In this document: positions 1 through 8,904 of the stretch, one piece after another
Position numbering within the stretch: position 1 is the stretch's first letter
How the letters are laid out: each line of letters starts with the position of its first letter
Virus record (IMG/VR): IMGVR_UViG_2541047941_000006
Length of the DNA: 23,448 nucleotides
DNA from: a virus
Taxonomy: Duplodnaviria; Heunggongvirae; Uroviricota; Caudoviricetes
Strand: one strand, 5' to 3'
Program-made: the position numbers and the translations under genes
The notes under the pieces: generated by a model
The model's input: only the letters and a program-made list of their open reading frames with translations
What the model was told of the DNA's origin: nothing
Databases searched by the model: none

Positions 1-1158
1 ATGCTCACCGTTAAGCAGATTGAAGCAGCAAAGCCGAAAGAAAAACCATACCGCCTTCTCGATGGTAATGGCCTGTACCTTTATGTTCCTGTATCCGGGA
101 AAAAGGTATGGCAGCTTCGCTACAAGATTGACGGTAAGGAGAAAATCCTGACCGTCGGAAAATATCCGCTTATGACTTTGCAGGAAGCAAGGGATAAGGC
201 ATGGACTGCGAGGAAAGACATCTCGGTTGGCATCGATCCGGTAAAGGCGAAAAAGGCTTCGTCTAACAACAATTCATTTAGTGCGATTTACAAGGAATGG
301 TACGAGCACAAGAAGCAAGTCTGGTCAGTAGGCTATGCAACTGAACTTGCCAAAATGTTTGATGACGACATTTTACCCATCATCGGCGGTCTTGAGATTC
401 AGGATATTGAGCCGATGCAACTGCTGGAAGTAATCCGCAGATTTGAAGATCGCGGTGCAATGGAGCGAGCCAACAAAGCCCGCAGAAGATGCGGCGAGGT
501 TTTTCGTTACGCTATTGTCACCGGAAGGGCTAAATATAACCCGGCACCTGACCTTGCAGACGCCATGAAAGGATACCGCAAGAAGAACTTCCCGTTCCTT
601 CCAGCAGACCAGATGCCTGCATTCAACAAAGCACTGGCAACATTTTCAGGAAGTATCGTATCGCTCATTGCGACAAAAGTTTTACGTTATACAGCCCTAA
701 GAACGAAAGAGCTTCGTTCCATGCTATGGAAGAACGTCGATTTTGAAAACAGGATTATCACCATCGACGCCAGTGTGATGAAGGGACGCAAAATTCATGT
801 GGTCCCGATGTCAGACCAGGTGGTTGAACTTCTCACTACGCTAAGCTCAATCACCAAACCAGTCTCAGAGTTTGTTTTTGCCGGGCGCAACGATAAGAAG
901 AAGCCAATCTGCGAGAACGCGGTATTGCTTGTGATCAAACAAATCGGCTATGAAGGTCTGGAAAGCGGTCACGGATTCAGGCATGAATTCAGCACGATTA
1001 TGAACGAGCACGAATGGCCTGCTGACGCTATTGAAGTGCAGCTGGCACATGCCAACGGCGGATCTGTGCGCGGTATTTACAACCATGCTCAGTATCTCGA
1101 TAAGCGCAGAGAAATGATGCAGTGGTGGGCGGATTGGCTTGATGAAAAAGTGGAGTAA
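1..1158 (+). CDS. intS: Tyrosine recombinase / prophage integrase, P4-type (IntS-like, KplE1/CPS-53 family)
   Basis: 385-aa ORF starting at base 1; N-terminal KPKEKPYRLLDGNGLYLYV motif typical of P4-family integrases and a C-terminal catalytic region (HGFRHEF ... RGIYNH, the catalytic Tyr lying in the last motif). Recalled as matching E. coli IntS; paired with a TorI-like excisionase and tRNA-derived att core at the other end of the element. Confidence 0.85.
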   Translation: MLTVKQIEAAKPKEKPYRLLDGNGLYLYVPVSGKKVWQLRYKIDGKEKILTVGKYPLMTLQEARDKAWTARKDISVGIDPVKAKKASSNNNSFSAIYKEWYEHKKQVWSVGYATELAKMFDDDILPIIGGLEIQDIEPMQLLEVIRRFEDRGAMERANKARRRCGEVFRYAIVTGRAKYNPAPDLADAMKGYRKKNFPFLPADQMPAFNKALATFSGSIVSLIATKVLRYTALRTKELRSMLWKNVDFENRIITIDASVMKGRKIHVVPMSDQVVELLTTLSSITKPVSEFVFAGRNDKKKPICENAVLLVIKQIGYEGLESGHGFRHEFSTIMNEHEWPADAIEVQLAHANGGSVRGIYNHAQYLDKRREMMQWWADWLDEKVE

Positions 1159-1367
1159 TCCGGACCGTACTTCTTTATCCAGGCATAAAGGCTGTGGGTG
1201 GTGATATCGAGACGTGTTGCAACGCTGGCAACAGAATAACCGCGATCAACAACCTGTTTGACTGCTTCAGTTTTAAACTCTTCGGGATAACGCTTACCGC
1301 TCATGGGCACCTCTCTTTAAGCCATCTTAAATGACTCTGAGGTGTCTGTTAAACCCGTGGCGATTCA
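1159..1367 (-). mobile_element. IS3-family IS fragment (left end plus 5' part of orfA), truncated exactly at the intS stop codon
   Basis: Minus-strand ORF begins MSGKRYPEEFKTEAVKQVVDRGYSVASVATRLDITTHSLYAWIKKYGPD (HTH-type OrfA N-terminus) with RBS AGAGAGGTG upstream; similarity ends at about 1159, where the frame reads through the intS 3' end. The minus-strand terminus begins TGAATCG at 1367. Confidence 0.6.
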
Positions 1368-1370
1368 AAA

Positions 1371-1820
1371 CTGCGTGTTACGTTCGCCCTGGACTGTTGC
1401 GATCGTGAAGCCATAGACTGGGCCGCAAGCACGGGAGGTTACGATAAAGCGACAGTGCAGGATGTCATGTTAGGAGCGATAGAAAAACGCTTTGGCGATA
1501 AAGTACCGGAACAGTCCATCCAGTGGCTGACAGATAACGGTTCAGCGTATAGAGCGCATGAAACACGGCAGTTCGCCAGAGAGTTGAATCTGGAGCCCTG
1601 CACAACGGCAATCAGCAGTCCTCAGAGTAATGGAATGGCAGAAAGGTTCGTGAAAACGATGAAGGAAGACTACATCGCGTTCATGCCGAAACCGAATGTA
1701 AGAACGGCATTGCATAATCTTGCAGTGGCGATCGAACATTACAATGAAAACCATCCGCACAGTGCGTTGGGTTATCGCTCTCCGCGAGAATATCGACGTC
1801 AGCGGGTAACGTTAACTTAA
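1371..1820 (+). pseudogene. IS2-like (IS3 family) transposase OrfB, C-terminal DDE fragment
   Basis: In-frame translation from 1371 gives [14 protein letters not shown]...[25 protein letters not shown]...[26 protein letters not shown]...[14 protein letters not shown], the conserved C-terminal half of IS2-type OrfB. No orfA or N-terminal part is present in the same orientation; an IS2-like right terminal repeat follows to about 1852. Confidence 0.7.
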
Positions 1821-1861
1821 GATACACCCCCTGTCTGGAAATAAGGGGGCAAGAACAATGA

Positions 1862-2614
1862 TCAGATTCCCTGGTGAGTAAGAATTTTACTTTCTGAACT
1901 CCTCTGAGAGTATTGACTTGGAGAAACACCAAAATAACGTCTAAATACATAAGTAAAGTATGAGACACTGGCATAACCACAGACCTTAGCTACTTTACTA
2001 ATAGGATAACAACGAGTGCTGAGTAAATATTCAGCCATTTGCATCCTCTCATCAAGTATGATCTTACTGAATGATACCCCCTCTTCTTTCAATTTCATCT
2101 TTAGTAAACTTTCGCTGAGATATAATCTTGATGATATATCCTTAAGACGCCATGATGCAGATAAATCCGTATGAATAATCGTTTTAACTTTAGCCCCTGT
2201 GCTTTTCAAACATCCAAACAGAAATACTCCAAATTGTTTTTCAGAAGAAAATGCAGAGAGACATGTAAAAGCAATAGACTCATCAAAAATTTCTATGTAT
2301 TCAGCACAGTGATTAGCCCAACTAATTAATCCTTTAATTAAACTGAAGTCAGCAAAGTTTATTTTTAAATAAGATGGATATTCCCTACAATCAGAAATAC
2401 CCCTTAAGTTATTAGCTTTCAAATAGCGACTAATAAACTCAGCGCCAAAATCCGCCACTATCACTCTTTCAGGATATGTCAGGAAAAAATCTCTAGAGCT
2501 AGAGTCGACAAGTACAGATGAACCTCTCTCCAGAAACACACTCTCTTTTCCGAAATAAACATCAAAGGACTCCAAAATCAATATAACTGAACATGTAGTT
2601 GCCATATCATCCAC
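1862..2614 (-). CDS. AraC/XylS-family transcriptional regulator (AppY/EnvY-like), low-GC cargo
   Basis: 250-aa ORF; C-terminal double HTH signature (WRLKDISSRLYLSESLLKMKLKEEGVSFSKIILDERMQMAEYLL...KVAKVCGYASVSYFTYVFRRYFGVSPSQY); AT-rich coding and upstream region; flanked by the IS2-like fragment and IS1. Confidence 0.8.
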   Translation of the reverse strand: MDDMATTCSVILILESFDVYFGKESVFLERGSSVLVDSSSRDFFLTYPERVIVADFGAEFISRYLKANNLRGISDCREYPSYLKINFADFSLIKGLISWANHCAEYIEIFDESIAFTCLSAFSSEKQFGVFLFGCLKSTGAKVKTIIHTDLSASWRLKDISSRLYLSESLLKMKLKEEGVSFSKIILDERMQMAEYLLSTRCYPISKVAKVCGYASVSYFTYVFRRYFGVSPSQYSQRSSESKILTHQGI

Positions 2615-2826
2615 CCAATTTAACTGAAACCAGGATGAAGTATATGCATATAAAGTTCACTTTGCCAAACTTCAGTATAAAAAACCACATAAAAAATAGG
2701 GTGTGATAAAAAATACCGTAACAATAAAGCAAAGGATTATAAAATCCGTTACAGTTACAAATGATACTCAAGAAACAATTCCTTAGGAAAAACTTATTTA
2801 CAGCCAATAAGGGTAATGACTCCAAC

Positions 2827-3330
2827 TTATTGATAGTGTTTTATGTTCAGATAATGCCCGATGACTTTGTCATGCAGCTCCACCGATTTTGAGAACGACA
2901 GCGACTTCCGTCCCAGCCGTGCCAGGTGCTGCCTCAGATTCAGGTTATGCCGCTCAATTCGCTGCGTATATCGCTTGCTGATTACGTGCAGCTTTCCCTT
3001 CAGGCGGGATTCATACAGCGGCCAGCCATCCGTCATCCATATCACCACGTCAAAGGGTGACAGCAGGCTCATAAGACGCCCCAGCGTCGCCATAGTGCGT
3101 TCACCGAATACGTGCGCAACAACCGTCTTCCGGAGACTGTCATACGCGTAAAACAGCCAGCGCTGGCGCGATTTAGCCCCGACATAGCCCCACTGTTCGT
3201 CCATTTCCGCGCAGACGATGACGTCACTGCCCGGCTGTATGCGCGAGGTTACCGACTGCGGCCTGAGTTTTTTAAGTGACGTAAAATCGTGTTGAGGCCA
3301 ACGCCCATAATGCGGGCTGTTGCCCGGCAT
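2827..3330 (-). CDS. insB: IS1 InsB (expressed as InsAB' by -1 frameshift)
   Basis: 167-aa ORF overlapping the insA 3' end in the -1 frame, canonical IS1 arrangement. Confidence 0.85.
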   Translation of the reverse strand: MPGNSPHYGRWPQHDFTSLKKLRPQSVTSRIQPGSDVIVCAEMDEQWGYVGAKSRQRWLFYAYDSLRKTVVAHVFGERTMATLGRLMSLLSPFDVVIWMTDGWPLYESRLKGKLHVISKRYTQRIERHNLNLRQHLARLGRKSLSFSKSVELHDKVIGHYLNIKHYQ

Positions 3331-3524
3331 CCAACGCCATTCATGGCCATATCAATGATTTTCTGGTGCGTACCGGGTTGAGAAGCGGTGTAAGTGAACT
3401 GCAGTTGCCATGTTTTACGGCAGTGAGAGCAGAGATAGCGCTGATGTCCGGCGGTGCTTTTGTCGTTACGCACCACCCCGTCAGTAGCTGAACAGGAGGG
3501 ACAGCTGATAGAAACAGAAGCCAC
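3249..3524 (-). CDS. insA: IS1 InsA
   Basis: 91-aa [46 protein letters not shown]... with zinc-finger and HTH, canonical IS1 InsA. Confidence 0.9.
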   Translation of the reverse strand: MASVSISCPSCSATDGVVRNDKSTAGHQRYLCSHCRKTWQLQFTYTASQPGTHQKIIDMAMNGVGCRATARIMGVGLNTILRHLKNSGRSR

Positions 3525-3673
3525 TGGAGCATCTCAAAAACACCATCATACACTAAATCAGTAAGTTGGCAGCATCACCGGTCGCCACCATATACGGCAG
3601 TTCTCAGGCTCAACTTTCTGAAAGGCTCGGGTGATGTAATATGCGCGTGAGATGCGCTGTGAAATTCAGATGT

Positions 3674-3697
3674 AAAAAAAGCCCCGCATCGCGAGGC
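3674..3697 (-). terminator. Putative intrinsic terminator downstream of Rz
   Basis: On the minus strand GCCUCGC-GAU-GCGGGGC hairpin (one G-U pair) followed by UUUUUUU, about 30 nt after the Rz stop. Confidence 0.45.
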
Positions 3698-3729
3698 TCA
3701 TTAAATGGACTTTGTGATTTGCAAAAAAA

Positions 3730-4188
3730 TTATTTCAGGCATTGCGTCCTGATGTATTCCTGCAGGTAGTTAACCTGCGCGGTTATCTTGTCGATTCCAC
3801 TTCGGAGACGGTAATAATTGAGTTCAGCATCTGCTGTAAGTCCTGGGCTTTCTCCATCGCCCATGCCGCTGGCTCCGGTCGTTGACTTTGCACAGGTGGC
3901 GGCGACTTGCAGGCGCTTACGCCCAGCAGAAACATCAGCACGGAGACTTTCGATAGTCGCGTTAGCATCAGCAAGCTCCTTTGTGTATCTTGCGTCGAGT
4001 TCTGCTACATCACGTTGACGCTTCCGCATGTCAGCGATGGTGGCGTTCGCCTTCTCCAGTTCACTGGCCTTGTTATCGCGCTGCTCTTTGTAGGCGATTG
4101 CGTTATCACGGTAATGATTAACAGCCCATGACAGGCAGACGATGATGCAGATAACCAGAGCATAAATAATCGCGGCGACTCTGCTCAC
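3730..4188 (-). CDS. Rz: Rz inner-membrane spanin (i-spanin)
   Basis: ORF with N-terminal TMD ([28 protein letters not shown]) and coiled-coil-like body, closely resembling lambda Rz. Probable GTG start at 4188 (track ORF starts at TTG 4203); overlaps the endolysin stop. Confidence 0.8.
   Translation of the reverse strand: MSRVAAIIYALVICIIVCLSWAVNHYRDNAIAYKEQRDNKASELEKANATIADMRKRQRDVAELDARYTKELADANATIESLRADVSAGRKRLQVAATCAKSTTGASGMGDGESPGLTADAELNYYRLRSGIDKITAQVNYLQEYIRTQCLK
3783..3974 (-). CDS. Rz1: Rz1 outer-membrane lipoprotein spanin (o-spanin), embedded in Rz +1 frame
   Basis: 63-aa ORF wholly inside Rz; signal peptide with lipobox LLGVSAC followed by a Pro-rich segment ([16 protein letters not shown]), classic Rz1. 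Confidence 0.7.
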   Translation of the reverse strand: MLMLTRLSKVSVLMFLLGVSACKSPPPVQSQRPEPAAWAMEKAQDLQQMLNSIITVSEVESTR

Positions 4189-4718
4189 TGATCTATCCCC
4201 CAACAGGCTAATGCGCTTTCCTGGTCACGACGAATAACCTGTCCATAGCAGTTATTTGAACGTATGCGGCAATCGCGCCCACCATCTTTTATCCACCAGC
4301 GAATCGCCTCGCATGCACCTTTACGATCACCGGCATTCAGCCGCTTATAAAACGTCGACGGGAAACACTTACCGGGGCCAATGTTATAGGGACAAAATGA
4401 CGCGATACCCGCTTTCTGTGGTTCGGTCAGTGGCACTTTAATATTGCGCTCCACCCATGCCAGCGCCTTATCCCGTTCAATGGCGTTAACCTGGTCGCAT
4501 TTTTCCTTCGACAGTTTCATACCGGGAAAAACGGGTTTTCCATCCACCACCGTGGCACCCCGACAGATGGTCCAGATGCCGGAACCATCGCGGTATGCCG
4601 TTGTGTGGTTACCTTCTTTTTCATCCAGAAACTGGTCGAGAATATCAGGCGCAGGCGCACCGACGGCAATCAGTGCCAGAACGGCAGCCGACAGGCCGTA
4701 TCTGATTTTTGCGTTCAT
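4185..4718 (-). CDS. R: Phage endolysin (lysozyme), probable SAR type, RrrQ-like
   Basis: 177-aa ORF; weakly hydrophobic Ala/Gly-rich N-terminus ([17 protein letters not shown]) ahead of the catalytic domain; sits between the pinholin/ydfR-like genes and Rz. Confidence 0.85.
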   Translation of the reverse strand: MNAKIRYGLSAAVLALIAVGAPAPDILDQFLDEKEGNHTTAYRDGSGIWTICRGATVVDGKPVFPGMKLSKEKCDQVNAIERDKALAWVERNIKVPLTEPQKAGIASFCPYNIGPGKCFPSTFYKRLNAGDRKGACEAIRWWIKDGGRDCRIRSNNCYGQVIRRDQESALACWGIDQ

Positions 4719-5061
4719 GGATATTTATCAGGATTTATCGGTTTCTGAACCCTGGATATGTTTATCTGTCCCGGCCTGTTGAATCAGGCAAGGAATAGTT
4801 AAATACAATAGAGAGGATTGTTTATGGACAATAGCACCATTTCTCTACAGGAGTTGCTCGACTGCATTTCCAAGCTTCGGGATGATGTAAATGCCCTTAC
4901 TGTCGCATTTTAATATCTGGCATTCTCAATTCCCAAGGAACAAATGCAACCAACACTGGCATCGCTCCAGCTTGAATCACTCAACCCCAAATGGTCCCAG
5001 CAACAACAAAATTCTTTCAAGTGGCTGGCGGTATTACTGGAAGAAAAATATGCTGGTGAAA

Positions 5062-5406
5062 TTACCATTTCGGCGGAGTATTCAGAGAACCAGTAATTCT
5101 TCCCGGTAGCTTTCCTTTGTAGGTTATCCACACATTCTGCGCCTCTAAAATTATGGGGCGCTTTTCCGGCGACAGCTCATCCCCTTCACATAACCCGGCA
5201 GCAACATCCAGGAAGACCTGTCTGATGCTCCTTCTGGCTGCTGCCTCATAAAACTCCAGCGCGGCACCTTCAACACGGTCCAGCGAGATGTCCAGGTCAA
5301 AAATTTCACCGTCAAAGCGTTTTTTGTCCCGTAACGCTAAAGTTACCGTAACTTTATTCTCAAAATTGCGGATCCCTTTCACAATCAGTTCATAGTTTTG
5401 AGTCAT
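5062..5406 (-). CDS. YdfR-like protein of unknown function in the lysis cassette
   Basis: 114-aa ORF starting 5 nt after the holin stop with RBS GGGAGAG; same holin-ydfR-lysozyme-Rz order as the Qin prophage lysis cassette (recalled). Confidence 0.65.
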   Translation of the reverse strand: MTQNYELIVKGIRNFENKVTVTLALRDKKRFDGEIFDLDISLDRVEGAALEFYEAAARRSIRQVFLDVAAGLCEGDELSPEKRPIILEAQNVWITYKGKLPGRITGSLNTPPKW

Positions 5407-5410
5407 TGAA

Positions 5411-5626
5411 TTACTCTCCCCGTGCAGCCTTACGCTTGTCTTCTTTAATCTTGAAATAAAGGTTTGTCAGGTACGTCAGCAGGCCAAATACCAGGCTACC
5501 CAGCACTCCAATTGCCGCCCACTGTGAGGGCGTGACTTTATCTAGCAGCTGTAAAAACCAGTACCCGGCACTACCTGCTGAGGTGCCATAGGCGACACCC
5601 GTTGTTAACTTATCCATGGATTTCAT
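5411..5626 (-). CDS. S: Class II holin / pinholin (S21-like) with dual-start motif
   Basis: 71-aa [31 protein letters not shown]...[35 protein letters not shown]; two TMDs; Met1-Lys-Ser-Met4 dual start typical of pinholin/antiholin pairs. Confidence 0.9.
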
Positions 5627-5734
5627 AACCCCACCTCGCAGACAAAGCGGGTGTAAATTGAGGGAATACTACGAAACGTAACAGACTCGGAGTCAGTGAA
5701 TAACTCAGGTATTGGGTTATCAGCTAATATCGAG

Positions 5735-5770
5735 ACTCAAAAAATGGAAAAACCCGCTCGACGGCGGGTT
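5735..5770 (-). terminator. Intrinsic terminator upstream of the holin (candidate tR' of the late operon)
   Basis: On the minus strand AAACCCGCC-GUCGA-GCGGGUUU hairpin followed by UUUUUCCAUUUUUU, about 110 nt upstream of the holin start. Confidence 0.5.
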
Positions 5771-6199
5771 TAAGCTGTGTGACGAAGTAACCACTCTTAA
5801 CAGCATAACCAATTTTTTACGTACGTAAACCACTAAATGATATTTGCGAGAATGCTACCGAGTGTTCAAAACACCACCACAAATACATAAGAAAACCTCA
5901 ACAAATAACCAACAAATAATTTCCAGTGTTATTTTTAGCCGATTTAAATTGAACCTTCAAATTATAGAGCACTTATAAATAACAGCCGTTAATATAAATT
6001 GGCTAATAGATTTATTTTTATTCAGCCAAGAGCTATGAATAGGATTCGATAGAAAAAAGTTCAGATAAAAATAGAGATCTACTTCACAAATCAAACGAGA
6101 AACCAAAACTTACATCTTGAAATAATCACATTGATTAGATGAATATTTATCGCGCAGTGACATCATTTTTTAATAATAGTTCAAAAAAAAGGGCTCACG

Positions 6200-7297
6200 A
6201 TGAAAAAATTAACAGTGGCAATTTCTGCTGTAGCTGCATCAGTACTGATGGCGATGTCTGCTCAGGCAGCTGAAATTTATAATAAAGACAGTAACAAGCT
6301 GGATCTGTACGGGAAAGTTAATGCTAAGCACTACTTCTCCTCTAATGATGCAGATGATGGTGATACTACTTATGCCCGTCTTGGCTTCAAAGGTGAAACC
6401 CAAATCAACGATCAACTGACTGGTTTCGGTCAGTGGGAATATGAATTCAAAGGCAACCGCGCTGAATCTCAAGGTTCCTCCAAAGACAAAACCCGTCTTG
6501 CATTTGCAGGCCTGAAATTCGGTGACTACGGCTCAATCGATTACGGCCGTAACTACGGTGTAGCATACGACATCGGTGCGTGGACTGACGTTCTGCCAGA
6601 ATTCGGTGGCGATACCTGGACCCAAACAGATGTGTTCATGACTGGTCGCACCACTGGTGTTGCAACCTATCGTAACAACGACTTCTTTGGTCTGGTTGAT
6701 GGTCTGAACTTTGCTGCTCAGTACCAAGGCAAAAACGATCGTAGCGATTTCGATAACTACACTGAAGGTAACGGTGATGGCTTCGGTTTCTCTGCTACCT
6801 ATGAATACGAAGGATTCGGTATCGGTGCAACTTATGCGAAATCTGATCGTACCGACACTCAAGTTAATGCAGGGAAAGTTCTTCCTGAAGTATTTGCTTC
6901 CGGTAAAAATGCAGAAGTTTGGGCCGCAGGTCTGAAATATGATGCTAACAACATTTACCTGGCCACTACCTATTCTGAAACCCAGAATATGACTGTATTT
7001 GCTGATCACTTCGTTGCTAATAAAGCCCAAAACTTCGAAGCTGTTGCACAATATCAGTTCGATTTCGGTCTGCGTCCGTCCGTTGCTTACCTGCAATCTA
7101 AAGGTAAGGATCTTGGAGTATGGGGCGATCAGGACTTAGTCAAATATGTTGATGTAGGTGCAACCTATTACTTCAACAAAAATATGTCTACTTTCGTTGA
7201 TTACAAAATCAACCTGCTTGACAAAAATGACTTCACTAAAGCACTCGGTGTAAGCACTGATGACATCGTTGCTGTAGGTCTGGTTTACCAGTTCTAA
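6200..7297 (+). CDS. nmpC: Outer-membrane general porin, prophage-encoded NmpC/Lc/OmpD type (intact)
   Basis: 365-aa ORF with signal peptide ([30 protein letters not shown]), porin motifs ([31 protein letters not shown]) and C-terminal VGLVYQF; lies between Q and the lysis genes on the opposite strand, as nmpC does in DLP12. Confidence 0.85.
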   Translation: MKKLTVAISAVAASVLMAMSAQAAEIYNKDSNKLDLYGKVNAKHYFSSNDADDGDTTYARLGFKGETQINDQLTGFGQWEYEFKGNRAESQGSSKDKTRLAFAGLKFGDYGSIDYGRNYGVAYDIGAWTDVLPEFGGDTWTQTDVFMTGRTTGVATYRNNDFFGLVDGLNFAAQYQGKNDRSDFDNYTEGNGDGFGFSATYEYEGFGIGATYAKSDRTDTQVNAGKVLPEVFASGKNAEVWAAGLKYDANNIYLATTYSETQNMTVFADHFVANKAQNFEAVAQYQFDFGLRPSVAYLQSKGKDLGVWGDQDLVKYVDVGATYYFNKNMSTFVDYKINLLDKNDFTKALGVSTDDIVAVGLVYQF

Positions 7298-7433
7298 TCT
7301 GATTACGAAAAAGATATGTTGCGGGAGGCGTTGCCTCCCCAACATATAAGTGGCTCCCTCAAGCCACTTCCTTTAGAAGCACAACCTTGCTTCTAACTAT
7401 ATAAACCTTCTGTTATATATTACCCTTTATTTT

Positions 7434-7460
7434 TGGGGGCGTCTCAACGCCCCATTTTTA
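7434..7460 (+). terminator. Putative intrinsic terminator in the nmpC-Q intergenic hairpin cluster
   Basis: GGGGGCG-tctcaa-CGCCCC hairpin followed by ATTTTTAATAATTTTT; two further hairpins at about 7325-7341 and 7350-7371. Confidence 0.4.
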
Positions 7461-7486
7461 ATAATTTTTAGTAAACAATTGGCATA

Positions 7487-7870
7487 TTAATTAGAGTTAT
7501 TAACAACGATATCCATCTCTAACCGGATATCTAATGCCATTAACATCCCTTCAATTATGCCCTCAGCCTTCTGTAACCTTTTCCCGATATAACCATCAGA
7601 GCAGCGATGCTTACCTGCCAGTGACATGAATGTCATACCGACTACATAATAATCTACTAATAAATCGTGCAAATCGCTGTTGTTCTTTTTCAGACGGGCC
7701 ATGCACCCGCAAATGATCATCGCGTCATCGTCACAACATTGCGGGCGAGATTTTACTTTTGAAGTAATTAATCCCTTAAAACCGGCGGCAATGGACGACC
7801 AGGTCACATCTTCATGATTATTAGCCGCCCACGCTCCCCAACGCTCAAGAACCATCTGAATATCACGCAT
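7487..7870 (-). CDS. quuD: Late-gene antitermination protein Q (Q82/QuuD type)
   Basis: 127 aa from ATG 7870 (RBS GGAG 8 nt upstream; track ORF starts at an upstream TTG): [24 protein letters not shown]...[20 protein letters not shown]...; positioned upstream of the lysis cassette. Confidence 0.8.
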   Translation of the reverse strand: MRDIQMVLERWGAWAANNHEDVTWSSIAAGFKGLITSKVKSRPQCCDDDAMIICGCMARLKKNNSDLHDLLVDYYVVGMTFMSLAGKHRCSDGYIGKRLQKAEGIIEGMLMALDIRLEMDIVVNNSN

Positions 7871-7955
7871 CAACTTACTCCACAAAAATCAGACCAGAAC
7901 GCCAATTACAAGCAAAAATCAACAAAACAGTATTAGTTGATTGTTATCTCTGACT

Positions 7956-8078
7956 TCATACTCCTGCTCCTGTCAGGGTTTTGGCGTAATTCTTCAGTAT
8001 TCGGTAATCGGTCAAAACAGAACCGGGAAAACGATATAAGCGCAGGCGCAGCCAGCGGTGGCGAAGAAGTTCTGCCAT
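7956..8078 (-). CDS. Possible small ORF between rusA and Q (ylcG-position), uncertain
   Basis: 40-codon ATG ORF (MAELLRHRWLRLRLYRFPGSVLTDYRILKNYAKTLTGAGV) with no clear RBS; position matches the small gene between rusA and quuD in DLP12. Confidence 0.25.
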   Translation of the reverse strand: MAELLRHRWLRLRLYRFPGSVLTDYRILKNYAKTLTGAGV

Positions 8079-8092
8079 ATAAAACTCAAACA

Positions 8093-8454
8093 TCATTCAT
8101 CTCCCAGTTCAGTGATGGTCAGTTCCAGCTTTCCACCTTTGACAACCGGCATCTTCACAACGCGGTAATCAACGACCTGAGCATCATCCAGCCAGAAACC
8201 TGCTTTGGTGAGTACGTCAAAAGAGGCTTTTGTAGATTATCCAGGTCACGGCGACGGCGATCCGGCATGTGGCACTCAATGCGGATTTTCACAGGCATAG
8301 CCAGACCGATATCCAGCATTGAGCCTTTAATGATTCGGGCGACGTTATCGCGGTATGCCTGCCCTTCTGCGCTGATGTGCGTGCGCCCTCGATTATGGCG
8401 GTAGTAGCGGTTATTGCTCGGCGGCCAGGGTAGTGTGATGTGGTAAGTATTCAC
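8093..8454 (-). pseudogene. rusA: rusA Holliday-junction resolvase, frameshifted
   Basis: N-terminal 76 aa in one frame ([25 protein letters not shown]...[12 protein letters not shown]), then the C-terminal 44 aa ([44 protein letters not shown]) continue in the -1 frame; the shift maps to a T4 run at 8229-8232 (A4 on the coding strand). Confidence 0.8.
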
Positions 8455-8741
8455 GCCTTAATTACCCCCTCTTTCAGCCAGATAACCTGCGTTCTCGCCA
8501 TACCTTCCAGCGCGCATTCTTTTGCATATCCAGCGTCAACAAAATGCGTGCGGCGGTCGATTTCGTCGTGGCAGGCAGAACATGCAATGGTGGCAATCAG
8601 GTCTGGCGGTTTCGTACCGGTGCCGCACAATCCAGTCAGCCGGATATGTGCCAGTACAGACGTTTCAGGGTTGCCATTACATACGCCAGGGATTCTTACC
8701 TGGCATTCCCGACCACGCGCTGCTTTTCTCAAATCAGCCAT
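8451..8741 (-). CDS. ybcO: YbcO-like nin-region protein (DUF1364, Cys-rich putative nuclease)
   Basis: 96 aa from ATG 8741 with strong RBS AAGGAGGA: [64 protein letters not shown]...; start overlaps the ninE stop. Confidence 0.8.
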   Translation of the reverse strand: MADLRKAARGRECQVRIPGVCNGNPETSVLAHIRLTGLCGTGTKPPDLIATIACSACHDEIDRRTHFVDAGYAKECALEGMARTQVIWLKEGVIKA

Positions 8742-8904
8742 GACTCCTCCTTGCTGCCAGTCGCAACCATTTTTTATCAACCAGGCTGGCGGTATACCCG
8801 AGCAGTGTTGGTATTTCGGATGGCTTCAGCTCAGGTTTACGCTTACGACGATTTGGTACTCTGTAGATGTGTCCGTTCATGACACGAATAAGCGGTGTAG
8901 CCAT
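8734..8904 (-). CDS. ninE: NinE
   Basis: 56 aa from ATG 8904: [56 protein letters not shown]. Confidence 0.8.
   Translation of the reverse strand: MATPLIRVMNGHIYRVPNRRKRKPELKPSEIPTLLGYTASLVDKKWLRLAARRSHG

Larger units (their letters stand above)
2812..3579 (-). mobile_element. IS1 insertion sequence (complete, 768 bp)
   Basis: Terminal inverted repeats GGTAATGACTCCAACTTATTGATAGTG (2812 onward) and the reverse complement of GGTGATGCTGCCAACTTACTGATTTAGTG (ending 3579); contains insA and insB. Flanking 9-mers differ (GCCAATAAG vs GTCGCCACC), so there is no target-site duplication. Confidence 0.9.

Noticed and set aside
865-1086. 73-aa minus-strand ORF, with 1542-1760 and 1681-1980 likewise
   Set aside because: Antisense within intS or within the IS2-like orfB fragment; no support.
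2861-3553. ORFs 2861-3151 (+) and 3341-3553 (-) inside IS1
   Set aside because: Alternative frames of the IS1 insA/insB region; not known IS1 products.
3580-3729. Remnant of a bor-like lipoprotein gene after Rz
   Set aside because: The 150-bp interval is too short for bor and its translations show no Bor-like C-terminus; bor appears to be absent, probably lost with the IS1-associated deletion.
3818-4782. Plus-strand ORFs 3818-4018, 3907-4131, 4256-4441 and 4444-4782
   Set aside because: Antisense to Rz/Rz1 and the endolysin; no RBS.
4719-5131. ORFs 4891-5109 (+), 4910-5131 (-) and a 29-codon plus-strand ORF at about 4824-4913 in the gap between the ydfR-like gene and the endolysin
   Set aside because: The 73-aa minus ORF overlaps the ydfR-like 3' end in another frame and is Ser/Cys-rich; the short plus-strand ORF opposes the lysis operon. 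The gap itself is noted as a finding.
6533-7096. 187-aa minus-strand ORF, with other ORFs at 6239-6472, 6711-6935 and 7136-7345
   Set aside because: All lie inside or antisense to the well-supported porin gene (or its terminator region) with no RBS and odd composition.
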